Below are positions 56,173 through 64,000 of a stretch of 64,000 nt of DNA, one piece after another (the stretch's first letter is position 1; each line of letters starts with the position of its first letter). Origin of the DNA: Mariniblastus sp. (lineage in GTDB: Bacteria; Planctomycetota; Planctomycetia; Pirellulales; Pirellulaceae); contig CBDDAC010000029.1 of assembly GCA_965224765.1 (NCBI GenBank), forward strand, positions 488,039-552,038, read 5' to 3'. Made by a program: the position numbers and the translations under genes. The notes under the pieces are model-generated. The model was not told where the DNA came from. It did not search any database and saw nothing but the letters and a program-made list of their open reading frames with translations.

Positions 56173-57363
56173 GTGCGAGTCAGTATTTTTACAGACAGCT
56201 TTTTGCCGTTCACTTCCGGTGTGACGTTTTCGGTGCTGAATCAGGCGACTGAATTGTCGAAGCGAGGGCATGAGATATCCATTTTTCGCCCCAAGCCCAG
56301 TCGGTATGCCAAAAAGGCCGAAGTTGAAATTCCCGCCGGTGTCCAGGTGTTTGACGTGCCTTTTGGAATTCCTGTTCCACGAGTGCCGCAGCTTCGCCTG
56401 ACGTTGCCGTCCATTGTATCGTCGTTGTTTCGGCTTCGTAAAATCAACCCAGATATTGTTCATCTGAACACGGAATGGGGCTGTGGCTGGGAAGGCCTGA
56501 TCGCCTCATCGTTGCTTCGAAAACCAACGGTGGGAACCTTTCATACCTTTTTTGCAGATCCAGGGTATTTGAAATCGTTTGGCCTACCAAGCTTCAAAAT
56601 CCTGCAAACCATCATGTGGCGATACAGTGTTTTCTTTTTTAACACCTGTCGTACTGTGACCAGTCCAAGCAATGCGGTCAAACAATCGCTTTTGGACCAT
56701 GGGATCAAGCGTGATCCAATTATTATTCCCAATGGAATTCCGATACTTCAGCCCATTGACTGGAAGGCGGTCAAGCGAGATCGCAGCAGGATGCAGATTC
56801 ATGGACCGTCATTTGTATATGTCGGTCGAGTTTCGCCTGAGAAGAGCATCGATGTTGTTCTCAAGGCATTTGCCGTCGTGCTTCGCAAGCGCCGCCGGGC
56901 AAAGTTGATTATTATTGGCGACGGACCGTCTCTGCCGGGAATCAAAAAATTGGCTCAGGACTTGGGCTTGCGTTCAGCGGTCGAGTTTATGGGCCACATC
57001 GATCACGACGAGTTGATTGAGAGGCGAATTCCCTTGCTGGGCGATATGTTTGTCACCGCCAGCAAATCCGAGAACCAGCCGATGAGCGTTCTCGAAGCGA
57101 TGTCTTTTGGTTTGCCGGTTGTTGGGGCAGACTCAAAAGGTATTCCGGAACTGGTTCAGCATGAGCACAATGGAATGTTGTTCGAAGCCGATAACCACGA
57201 GGAAATGGCTAAGCGAATGTTGCGAATGAGCTACAAAACCAAGATGTGCCGCAGAATGGGTCGCAACGCAATGATTTCCGCGGCGGGTTTTCAGATGCCC
57301 TCAGTCGCCGATCAGCTTGAAAATCTATACGAGCAGACTATCTTGCTCAACAAAAAACGATAA
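56173..57363 (+). CDS. Family 4 glycosyltransferase (GT-B fold)
   Basis: GTG start. The N-terminus MRVSIFTDSFLPFTSGVTFSVLNQATELSKRGHEISIF is followed by the C-terminal EX7E-type motif region (SENQPMSVLEAMSFGLPVVGADSKGIPELV). Confidence 0.75.
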   Translation: MRVSIFTDSFLPFTSGVTFSVLNQATELSKRGHEISIFRPKPSRYAKKAEVEIPAGVQVFDVPFGIPVPRVPQLRLTLPSIVSSLFRLRKINPDIVHLNTEWGCGWEGLIASSLLRKPTVGTFHTFFADPGYLKSFGLPSFKILQTIMWRYSVFFFNTCRTVTSPSNAVKQSLLDHGIKRDPIIIPNGIPILQPIDWKAVKRDRSRMQIHGPSFVYVGRVSPEKSIDVVLKAFAVVLRKRRRAKLIIIGDGPSLPGIKKLAQDLGLRSAVEFMGHIDHDELIERRIPLLGDMFVTASKSENQPMSVLEAMSFGLPVVGADSKGIPELVQHEHNGMLFEADNHEEMAKRMLRMSYKTKMCRRMGRNAMISAAGFQMPSVADQLENLYEQTILLNKKR

Positions 57364-57480
57364 ACGTTTGAAGGCTGTAGGAGTCACTAGGCTCCTAGTT
57401 TCTTGGGACATTGAAATGCCGTCTATCCGGCCACGTTGTGGCGGATGCGGGCTGCACCCGCCACACCCGATAGCGATTGG

Positions 57481-58602
57481 CTATTCCTTTTTGAGTTCGA
57501 GGACTATTTTGGTGAGTTCCTCGATCTGCATTTCAATTCTTCCCAAACGCACGTTTGCTGTTTCCTGCTCGACATCAGTGGGAACTGCGTAGTTCACGCC
57601 ATATTGATAAGTTCCTTTCGGGGGCAGGTCCACGCCATATTGATAAGTTCCTTTCGGGAGTTGGTACTCGAGGTACAGTTGTCCCGATTCTGGATGAGGA
57701 TCCAAGAGCGTGTTGATTTGAGAAACGGTTTCTCTGGCAATTCCACGGTACTCAACAGGCAGTTTGTCAATTTCGTCTACATTGGCGCTAGTTTGATTCT
57801 TGCCTTTGCGGAAAGTAATTTCCGTGACCCCATACTGATTAAATACGACCGTTGCTTCGACTTCGTCAGAAAGGGTGCTTCCGAAAACTTCGACAATGGC
57901 ATTGGCCAAATTGGTTTGAGGCAAAGCGAGGTCCGTTGCGAGCTCCGGGCTTCGAAGGCGAGGAGCGATGTCAATGGTCAGGAATTGCTGGTCTCTTACG
58001 ATAGAGAGTTTGGTGGGTGAGTCAGAATTTGCCTTGAGGGCGGTGACGAGTTGAGCCAGATTGTCAGTTTTGGCGTCACCAATGGAAAGAATCACATCGT
58101 CGACTTTTAAGTCTGCGTCTTTGGCGGGGCTGTCCTCAGTAACGGTGGTAATCAAAAGGCCACCCTTCCCGGTAATCAAATTGTCTCCCTCAAGTTTGAG
58201 TGAGTATTCGTTGACCGATTCACATTGAACTCCAATCCAATAGGGGCTGGGTTGGACTTGATCGGCGAGGTAGGCGTGAACGTCAGCGACTGATTGATAT
58301 CGATCAATATACTCCCCATAGTTTTCAACAAGTGGGGTTCTGTAGAAGTTTACTGCGGGTGATTTGAGGGGGCGCTGCTGTACCCGTTGGATGAATCGAA
58401 GCGCTCTTTCCAACACTTCCTTTTTGTCGCTTTTAGTTGGATCTGCACTCTGAATTGTTTGGGCCAACAGTTCGATGACCTTTTGTTGTTCGGTTGCCAA
58501 CGAGTCTTGGCCATCGTCACTTTGATCTTGAGCCAGGCACGGCGATACAAGAGCGGTTACGAAAAAAACCAAAACCAGCTTGGTCCAAAAATACTTCATC
58601 AT
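57481..58602 (-). CDS. Secreted PDZ-domain protein
   Basis: Signal peptide MMKYFWTKLVLVFFVTALVSPCLA. PDZ core GGLLITTVTEDSPAKDADLKVDDVILSIGDAKTDNLAQLV. It lies downstream of the sigma/anti-sigma pair. Confidence 0.6.
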   Translation of the reverse strand: MMKYFWTKLVLVFFVTALVSPCLAQDQSDDGQDSLATEQQKVIELLAQTIQSADPTKSDKKEVLERALRFIQRVQQRPLKSPAVNFYRTPLVENYGEYIDRYQSVADVHAYLADQVQPSPYWIGVQCESVNEYSLKLEGDNLITGKGGLLITTVTEDSPAKDADLKVDDVILSIGDAKTDNLAQLVTALKANSDSPTKLSIVRDQQFLTIDIAPRLRSPELATDLALPQTNLANAIVEVFGSTLSDEVEATVVFNQYGVTEITFRKGKNQTSANVDEIDKLPVEYRGIARETVSQINTLLDPHPESGQLYLEYQLPKGTYQYGVDLPPKGTYQYGVNYAVPTDVEQETANVRLGRIEMQIEELTKIVLELKKE

Positions 58603-58642
58603 GGGTGGGCTCCTAAAATGATGGTTAAGTTACTTTGCGATC

Positions 58643-59242
58643 CTATTGATAGGTCGCGTTTCCGAGATACTGAACGTTGAACTTTCGCACGGGCAATTGG
58701 ACAAGGTCTCCGCTTGGAAGCTGAACGTCGGCAATAGTTTTTTGCTCATCGACAACATAGCCAGCCTTGAGAAAAGCTCGGCGCGCATCGAGGGAGACCG
58801 GATTCACGCTGCGAGCCAGTGCGTCGGCAAGCAAGAGTTGGTGGTTGTCCAAGTTGGCTGGTTGGGCCAGATTGGATCGGTCGGCAGGTGACCGCGAAGC
58901 CACGCTTGATTCCGGGCCGCCGGAGAACAGCAAACTCCCTAACCACAATCCCAGGACCAGGCTGGCCGCGATTGCCCACCAGGTTCCGGCAGGCAACGGT
59001 TTCAAAGGCCTTTTTGAGCGAGTGATGATGTCTTTTTCGGAAATGGAGGTGGGCTGAAGCAGGACGCCTGTTGCGCCAAGCGCTTCGTCGAGAATCTGTT
59101 TTTGCACAAACTCTAGCGCAATATCACGCCAAGCGGTGGAATCGTCGTCAAGTGAAAGCAACCAGTTACTGCGATCAGAATGGCTTAGGCTTCCATCGAC
59201 GAGTTGCTGAATTTGTAATGCTTGTTTCACTTGTTTGTCCAT
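58643..59242 (-). CDS. Putative membrane-anchored anti-sigma factor
   Basis: 199 aa with an N-terminal cytoplasmic helix, a single TM (WWAIAASLVLGLWLGSLLF) and a periplasmic tail. Its start overlaps the ECF sigma stop by 16 nt. Confidence 0.5.
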   Translation of the reverse strand: MDKQVKQALQIQQLVDGSLSHSDRSNWLLSLDDDSTAWRDIALEFVQKQILDEALGATGVLLQPTSISEKDIITRSKRPLKPLPAGTWWAIAASLVLGLWLGSLLFSGGPESSVASRSPADRSNLAQPANLDNHQLLLADALARSVNPVSLDARRAFLKAGYVVDEQKTIADVQLPSGDLVQLPVRKFNVQYLGNATYQ

Positions 59243-59820
59243 TCATGTCCAACGGCTTGCAACTGATTCCTGAGTCGCTGACAAGCGCGTGAATTTCGGT
59301 AAATAATTTTGTCGATCGAAATTCCTAGTCGATCGGCGATTTGTTGGTAGGTCCAACCTTCGGTATGTTTCAACATCAGGATCTCACGATCCTGGTTCGG
59401 TAATTGTGACAACGCGTCACGGACCTGTTTGTGTGCCTCATGAGAGGTGATCCAGGCCAATGGATCGGCCTGGCGATGGTCGGCTGTTTCATAGGTAAGT
59501 TGTTCGATGGACGAAATTTGGCGGGAACGTGCTTGTTTTCGCCATAACGAATGGATCTGCCGAATGGTGATTCGGTAAAGCCAGGGTTCAATTTTTTCAG
59601 GTTGCGAAAGTTGGTGTTGTTTTCGCCATGCAATCACGGCAATCTCTTGCAGGACTTCGTCGGCAGTGAACTCATCGCGCAAGCGAGCGATCAAAACAGT
59701 TCGCAACCACTTGGAGTGGACTTGCCAGACTGCTTGCCAATCATCGGGTGGCTTGCTGTGTTGTTTGCTCATCGAAGACCGTTTAGACTCGACTGTCCGC
59801 GTCCCGTTCTGTCGTTTCAA
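59227..59820 (-). CDS. ECF-subfamily RNA polymerase sigma-70 factor
   Basis: Region 2 (LQEIAVIAWRKQHQLSQPEKIEPWLYRITIRQIHSLWRK) and region 4 (ILMLKHTEGWTYQQIADRLGISIDKIIYRNSRACQRLR). Confidence 0.8.
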   Translation of the reverse strand: MKRQNGTRTVESKRSSMSKQHSKPPDDWQAVWQVHSKWLRTVLIARLRDEFTADEVLQEIAVIAWRKQHQLSQPEKIEPWLYRITIRQIHSLWRKQARSRQISSIEQLTYETADHRQADPLAWITSHEAHKQVRDALSQLPNQDREILMLKHTEGWTYQQIADRLGISIDKIIYRNSRACQRLRNQLQAVGHEWTNK

Positions 59821-60033
59821 CGGGATGGCGAGCAGATCAATTGAATAGATGTTTGCTTGGGGAACATTTGGGCAAAATTATTCCGACAAAGTGGAACTTC
59901 TTTTTTTCGGGAAAAACCAGACTTTTTGCAAGCACATTTGCAGCATTTTCGATGTTCAGGAAAAATTCTTGGCCGAAAGTGCGTCGAAATCCGCTCCACA
60001 GGTAGTCACAAATTTTTACTTTGGATACTTCAG

Positions 60034-61428
60034 ATGAACTTAAGAGTGATTCCCTCTCGCCCGGCAACCGTAGGATTGGCAATTTGCCTGTGTTCCTGTT
60101 TAGCAATGGCTCAGATTGGCCAATGCCAGGATGAACCCACGCAACAGACAATGATCAAGAATCTAGACCAGTTCTGGAAGCTGTTGGAGAAGAAAGACTA
60201 CGTTGCCGCGTCCGACTATCTTGTACTTCCACCTGACTTCAAACCAGAGATGCTCAAAGTTTTCATTGAGCGAGGAGAGCTGTCATCGGAGGGGCTGAAG
60301 CGTTTGGAGCGTGAAGGGCAGTTTGGCAAGGCGATCGAAATGTTTGGCGCAGATCGAGCGACTCACTATGCGGAACGGGCGAAAGTGGATCCTGAGAAGT
60401 GCTACGGGTTTGTGCTGGAGCTGGACGGAGTATCAGGTGAGGTCATCGGCTTCTGGAATGGAACGATGTTCAAGTTGGTTCGCGTCAATAATGTCGGCCA
60501 GTTGGCGCCGGCTGCCCGCCCTGACACGGACGCCAAGCCCCCGGTGAACGATCCGCTCACGAAGGCTCCGGTTAAACCCGCTCTAACGCTTGCCGAGTTA
60601 GAGGCTGCTGTGGCGGCCAAACCCAACGATGTAGAAGTACACGCTCAATATGCACAGGCGCTATACAAATTAGGGAACCTGCCGTTGGCATGGAGTCAAT
60701 TGATGGAAGCCTACAAGCTCAGTCCGAACCACGAAGGTGTTGCACAGGGAACGGGTGAAATGATTCAGGCATTTGCTAGCCGTGACATTTTTACGGTGGG
60801 CATCCCTCAAGACTCAATCCTGGGCATTCTGGGTGAGCCACGTCAAAAAGTTGAATTGGGAGCCACTCGTGAGCGTTGGGTTTACGCCCACGTCGGAATT
60901 GATTTCAAGGGCGGCGGCTTTCATGAGCTCATCGATTTACGTGGTTTGACTGAGGTCAGTTTCAAGCCAACGGAAACCGTTTCTGTCGAACTGGGCGGTG
61001 GTGGTTGGAGGTGCGGCCACCGTCGTCGCAACCGGGGAAACGTTGTCGCAATGTATTATTTGCCTGGTGAGTCATACGGAAACTGGACACAGCAGGTTTC
61101 AGTCGAGCGAGTGCTAAACGGCGCCAAGACGGGTTCTTTGGAAAAGATCAGAGGGTTGCTTACCCAACAACTTCTTGCCATAAATCCTGAAACCAAAACC
61201 AAAGTCCTGCATGAGGACGAAGACTCGATAATTATTGCGACGATGGTTCCCAATCCTGATCCCACAAAATCGGAGCATAAACTGGATCATCTCATGTTAG
61301 GTTCAGTCGATTTTCACCGATTTTCCATTACAGCTCGAGGAGATGAGCCTACGCGTGAGTTTCAAATGAAATGGTTGGAGATTTCCAAAGCGGCCAAGCT
61401 GACGCCCGTCAAGCAACCGAAAAGGTAG
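60034..61428 (+). CDS. Hypothetical secreted protein with a TPR-like helical segment
   Basis: ORF 59857..61428. The internal start gives the signal peptide MNLRVIPSRPATVGLAICLCSCLAMAQIG. A TPR-like segment is AKPNDVEVHAQYAQALYKLGNLPLAWSQLMEAYKLSPNH. Confidence 0.45.
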   Translation: MNLRVIPSRPATVGLAICLCSCLAMAQIGQCQDEPTQQTMIKNLDQFWKLLEKKDYVAASDYLVLPPDFKPEMLKVFIERGELSSEGLKRLEREGQFGKAIEMFGADRATHYAERAKVDPEKCYGFVLELDGVSGEVIGFWNGTMFKLVRVNNVGQLAPAARPDTDAKPPVNDPLTKAPVKPALTLAELEAAVAAKPNDVEVHAQYAQALYKLGNLPLAWSQLMEAYKLSPNHEGVAQGTGEMIQAFASRDIFTVGIPQDSILGILGEPRQKVELGATRERWVYAHVGIDFKGGGFHELIDLRGLTEVSFKPTETVSVELGGGGWRCGHRRRNRGNVVAMYYLPGESYGNWTQQVSVERVLNGAKTGSLEKIRGLLTQQLLAINPETKTKVLHEDEDSIIIATMVPNPDPTKSEHKLDHLMLGSVDFHRFSITARGDEPTREFQMKWLEISKAAKLTPVKQPKR

Positions 61429-61451
61429 CCGCTTTCGATCGCCAACGCCAT

Positions 61452-64000
61452 TTAGGAGTTGGGCTGATTCTGTTGGTGCCAACCGATAAACTCAGTGGGT
61501 GCCAATGGGCGGTTGACCAGATAGCCTTGAATGACGTCGCAGCCAGCTTGTTCCAAGAATTGCTTTTGAGCTTCGGTCTCAACGCCTTCGGCAACCACTT
61601 CGATTCCCAATCCGTGCCCGAGGGACAAAACGGTTTTCGCAACGGCGACCGCTCTAGGGTCACCGGGAAGATCTCGGACGAAGCTCAGGTCGATTTTTAA
61701 GGTCGATACCGGGAAGGTCTTTAGATAATTTAGGGACGAGTAACCGGTCCCAAAGTCGTCGATGGCAATTTTCACGCCCAGTTCGTTAAGCTCTTCCATC
61801 AACTTCAACGAGCATTCGATGTTTTCCATCATGGCGTTTTCGGTGATTTCAAGTTCAAACCACTCGGGGCGTGTGTCGGTGCACTCAAGAAGTTCCTCAA
61901 AGCGACCGATGAATTCTGGATCATTCAGTTGACGTGGAGAGAGATTGATTGCGATCCTACCATTGAAGCTGTTTTCGTCACGCCACTCTTTGGCTTGTCG
62001 CATTGCCATCTCAATGATTTGATCGCCCAAGGGTAGAATCAGACCAGACTTTTCCGCGACTTCGATGAACTCACCAGGGCAAACGGCGATTCCATCTTTG
62101 GTCCAACGAACCAAGGCTTCGCAGCCAGTCACTTGGTTGGTTTTCAGGCAGCGTTTGGGTTGATAGACGATTGTGACTTCCTTTTTGGAAATCGCCATTC
62201 GTAGTTCGTTGACGAGTTTCTGACGGGCTTCCATTTCAGCAGCGAGCTCTGGTGAGAACCCACGAATGGTGTTTTTGCCCTCGTCTTTGGCTTGATACAT
62301 CGCCATGTCTGCATGACGCAAGAGCTGATTGACGTCAGTCGCATCGATAGGGTACATCGATTTGCCGATGCTGACACCGATGTAAACATGGTGTTCACCA
62401 ATGTCAAAGGGTTCGTTTAGAGCCTGAACGACCTTTTCTCCAACAATATCGACGCGTTGCTCATCGTCGTCACTTTCCGGAATCAGCAAAGCAAATTCGT
62501 CTCCGCCAAATCGGGACAAGAAGCAATCTCGAAAGATGCAACTCTTGATTCGCTCAGAGACTTCGATCAACAATTGATCGCCCGCATCGTGACCGAGTGT
62601 ATCGTTGACAACTTTGAAATCGTCCAGATCGAGGAAGCATACACCAAACTGACTGTTGGTTTCGCGGCTTCCATCGATCATTTCTTCGATTTGTTGGCTG
62701 AAAAAGCGACGGTTTGGCAAGCCAGTCAGGTTGTCATGAAGGGCTTGGCGATGGAGTCGCTGCTGCGTTTGTTCGATCTGTGAAATGTCCGAGAACATCG
62801 CGATCAGGTTAGTGGCGTTTCCGTTTTCGTCACGGGAAACGCTGAGTGATCCCCAATAGACGATCTCACATTCGCGGGCAGAACTTCGATTCAGGACGGC
62901 GCGACCGCAACAGGATTTTCCGCTCAATGCCGACTCAAGGACATCAGCGAACTCAAGGTGTTCCCAATCAACAATCGAGCAAAGGCTCTGCTCCAGTAGT
63001 TGCTCTTGTGACATCCCACTCAAGCCACAGAATTCGGGGTTGGCTTCGCAAATGTTTCCTTGGACATCGAGAATCACGACGCCTTCCTGTGCGTTCTCGA
63101 AAACGCTGGCCAACAGGCGATTTCGATCTTCGATGACTTTCTGATCGGTGATGTCCCTCGAAGCGGAAACCAGGAAACGCTCACAGGTGACCGGGTCACT
63201 AAACACGGATCGCCGCGTCGAAAAGGTACGCTTTCGACCGGAACTGTCGGTCAATGTTTGTTGTTCTTCACTGTCTCCTCCGCTCTCAATCAGCTGAATT
63301 TCTTCGGCTGAGGTCGGTGTGTTTTGATCGATGTCGAGCCAGGTTTCGCGGAAGGAATTGTTGACCAGAACCGGTTCGAAGCTTGATGATTTGACACAGA
63401 GCAAATCGGGAATGGCATCAATGGTGTTGTGCAAAAAGTCACGATGGCGGCGAAGTTCATTTTCAAACTCTTTGCGAGCGGAAATGTCTCGACCGATCAG
63501 TAGATAGTGATTCCCATCACGCATTTCGAACAGGTTGAAACTGACATCCACCCAGCGTTTTTTGTCGTTTCTGAGCAACAGCTCTCGACCGGCTGAACCT
63601 CGTTCTTCAAGTTCGTCGAGGACTCCCGACAACCAATTTTCGTCAGAGTCTTCAGTCGTGTAGCGTTCAGCCAAATAGCGCATCAAATTAACGTCGGCAT
63701 CTTGGAAATCCGATTCAAAAAGATGATGGGCGTTTTGATTGGCAGACAAAAGTGAGTGGTCGTCCGTAAGCACCAACATCGCGTCATGCGTGCGCTCAAA
63801 GATCGTTTCTGAAAGCAAGCGTGTATTGAGGGCGGCTTGTTCCGCTTCATTTTGAGCAATCGCCAACTGGTGCTTGATTTGTTCCAGCTCATCAATGACT
63901 TGAGCGGAGTTGACCACAGCATCGGCGAGTGCCGCATTTTGCTCACAGGTCGCGTCCAGTTGCTTTCGCATTTGCTCAAGCAGACGGCGTAGTTCAGTCA
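61452..64000 (-). CDS. PAS/PAC sensor-containing diguanylate cyclase/phosphodiesterase (GGDEF plus EAL), N-terminus runs off the right edge
   Basis: The GGDEF motif sits in SRFGGDEFALL. The EAL-domain signatures are EALVRW, IAINLS and EITEN...DDFGTGYSSL. Several PAS blocks lie upstream. ORF 61452..63971 has no upstream stop before the window end. Confidence 0.85.
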   Translation of the reverse strand, partial: TELRRLLEQMRKQLDATCEQNAALADAVVNSAQVIDELEQIKHQLAIAQNEAEQAALNTRLLSETIFERTHDAMLVLTDDHSLLSANQNAHHLFESDFQDADVNLMRYLAERYTTEDSDENWLSGVLDELEERGSAGRELLLRNDKKRWVDVSFNLFEMRDGNHYLLIGRDISARKEFENELRRHRDFLHNTIDAIPDLLCVKSSSFEPVLVNNSFRETWLDIDQNTPTSAEEIQLIESGGDSEEQQTLTDSSGRKRTFSTRRSVFSDPVTCERFLVSASRDITDQKVIEDRNRLLASVFENAQEGVVILDVQGNICEANPEFCGLSGMSQEQLLEQSLCSIVDWEHLEFADVLESALSGKSCCGRAVLNRSSARECEIVYWGSLSVSRDENGNATNLIAMFSDISQIEQTQQRLHRQALHDNLTGLPNRRFFSQQIEEMIDGSRETNSQFGVCFLDLDDFKVVNDTLGHDAGDQLLIEVSERIKSCIFRDCFLSRFGGDEFALLIPESDDDEQRVDIVGEKVVQALNEPFDIGEHHVYIGVSIGKSMYPIDATDVNQLLRHADMAMYQAKDEGKNTIRGFSPELAAEMEARQKLVNELRMAISKKEVTIVYQPKRCLKTNQVTGCEALVRWTKDGIAVCPGEFIEVAEKSGLILPLGDQIIEMAMRQAKEWRDENSFNGRIAINLSPRQLNDPEFIGRFEELLECTDTRPEWFELEITENAMMENIECSLKLMEELNELGVKIAIDDFGTGYSSLNYLKTFPVSTLKIDLSFVRDLPGDPRAVAVAKTVLSLGHGLGIEVVAEGVETEAQKQFLEQAGCDVIQGYLVNRPLAPTEFIGWHQQNQPNS

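Overview
This 64-kb window looks like a moderately GC-rich chromosomal segment from a Planctomycetota-like bacterium. The lineage call is inference, based on many ECF sigma/anti-sigma pairs, a Ser/Thr kinase, J-domain-like membrane proteins and dense intergenic palindromic repeats. About 45 protein-coding genes sit on both strands. I found no rRNA, tRNA or CRISPR.

Recognisable content, in order along the window:
- A czcBA-like RND metal-efflux operon running off the left edge, preceded by a His-rich periplasmic protein.
- GNAT acetyltransferase, a DsbB-like protein, a PQQ-propeller/esterase fusion and a BlaI-family repressor.
- A DUF11-repeat secreted protein, prolyl oligopeptidase, PheA, a GH13 amylase and a frameshifted agmatine-deiminase-family gene.
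- Ser/Thr kinase plus MtfA-like peptidase, then a three-gene NfeD-flotillin-giant (1770 aa) MoxR-like AAA+ protein operon.
- Tag glycosylase, a class-C-like beta-lactamase-family hydrolase, and an ECF-sigma-associated subtilase operon.
- L-serine dehydratase, HAAO plus an ACMSD-like kynurenine-branch pair, a GT4 glycosyltransferase, an ECF sigma/anti-sigma/PDZ operon, and a PAS-GGDEF-EAL protein running off the right edge.

Three things stand out.
1. A TlpA/ResA-type thioredoxin-fold gene (34065..35312, minus strand) has an in-frame TGA exactly at the first Cys of its W-C-x-x-C active site (W-TGA-P-P-C). A hairpin with a GGUC loop lies 26 nt downstream. This is a strong selenoprotein (UxxC) candidate; otherwise it is a very recent nonsense lesion.
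2. The NfeD-flotillin-giant AAA+ operon is a candidate uncharacterised membrane-microdomain-associated system.
3. Several families of composite palindromic repeats (REP/MITE-like) occupy the intergenic spaces, generate spurious ORFs, and in one case form an inverted pair bracketing about 22 kb.
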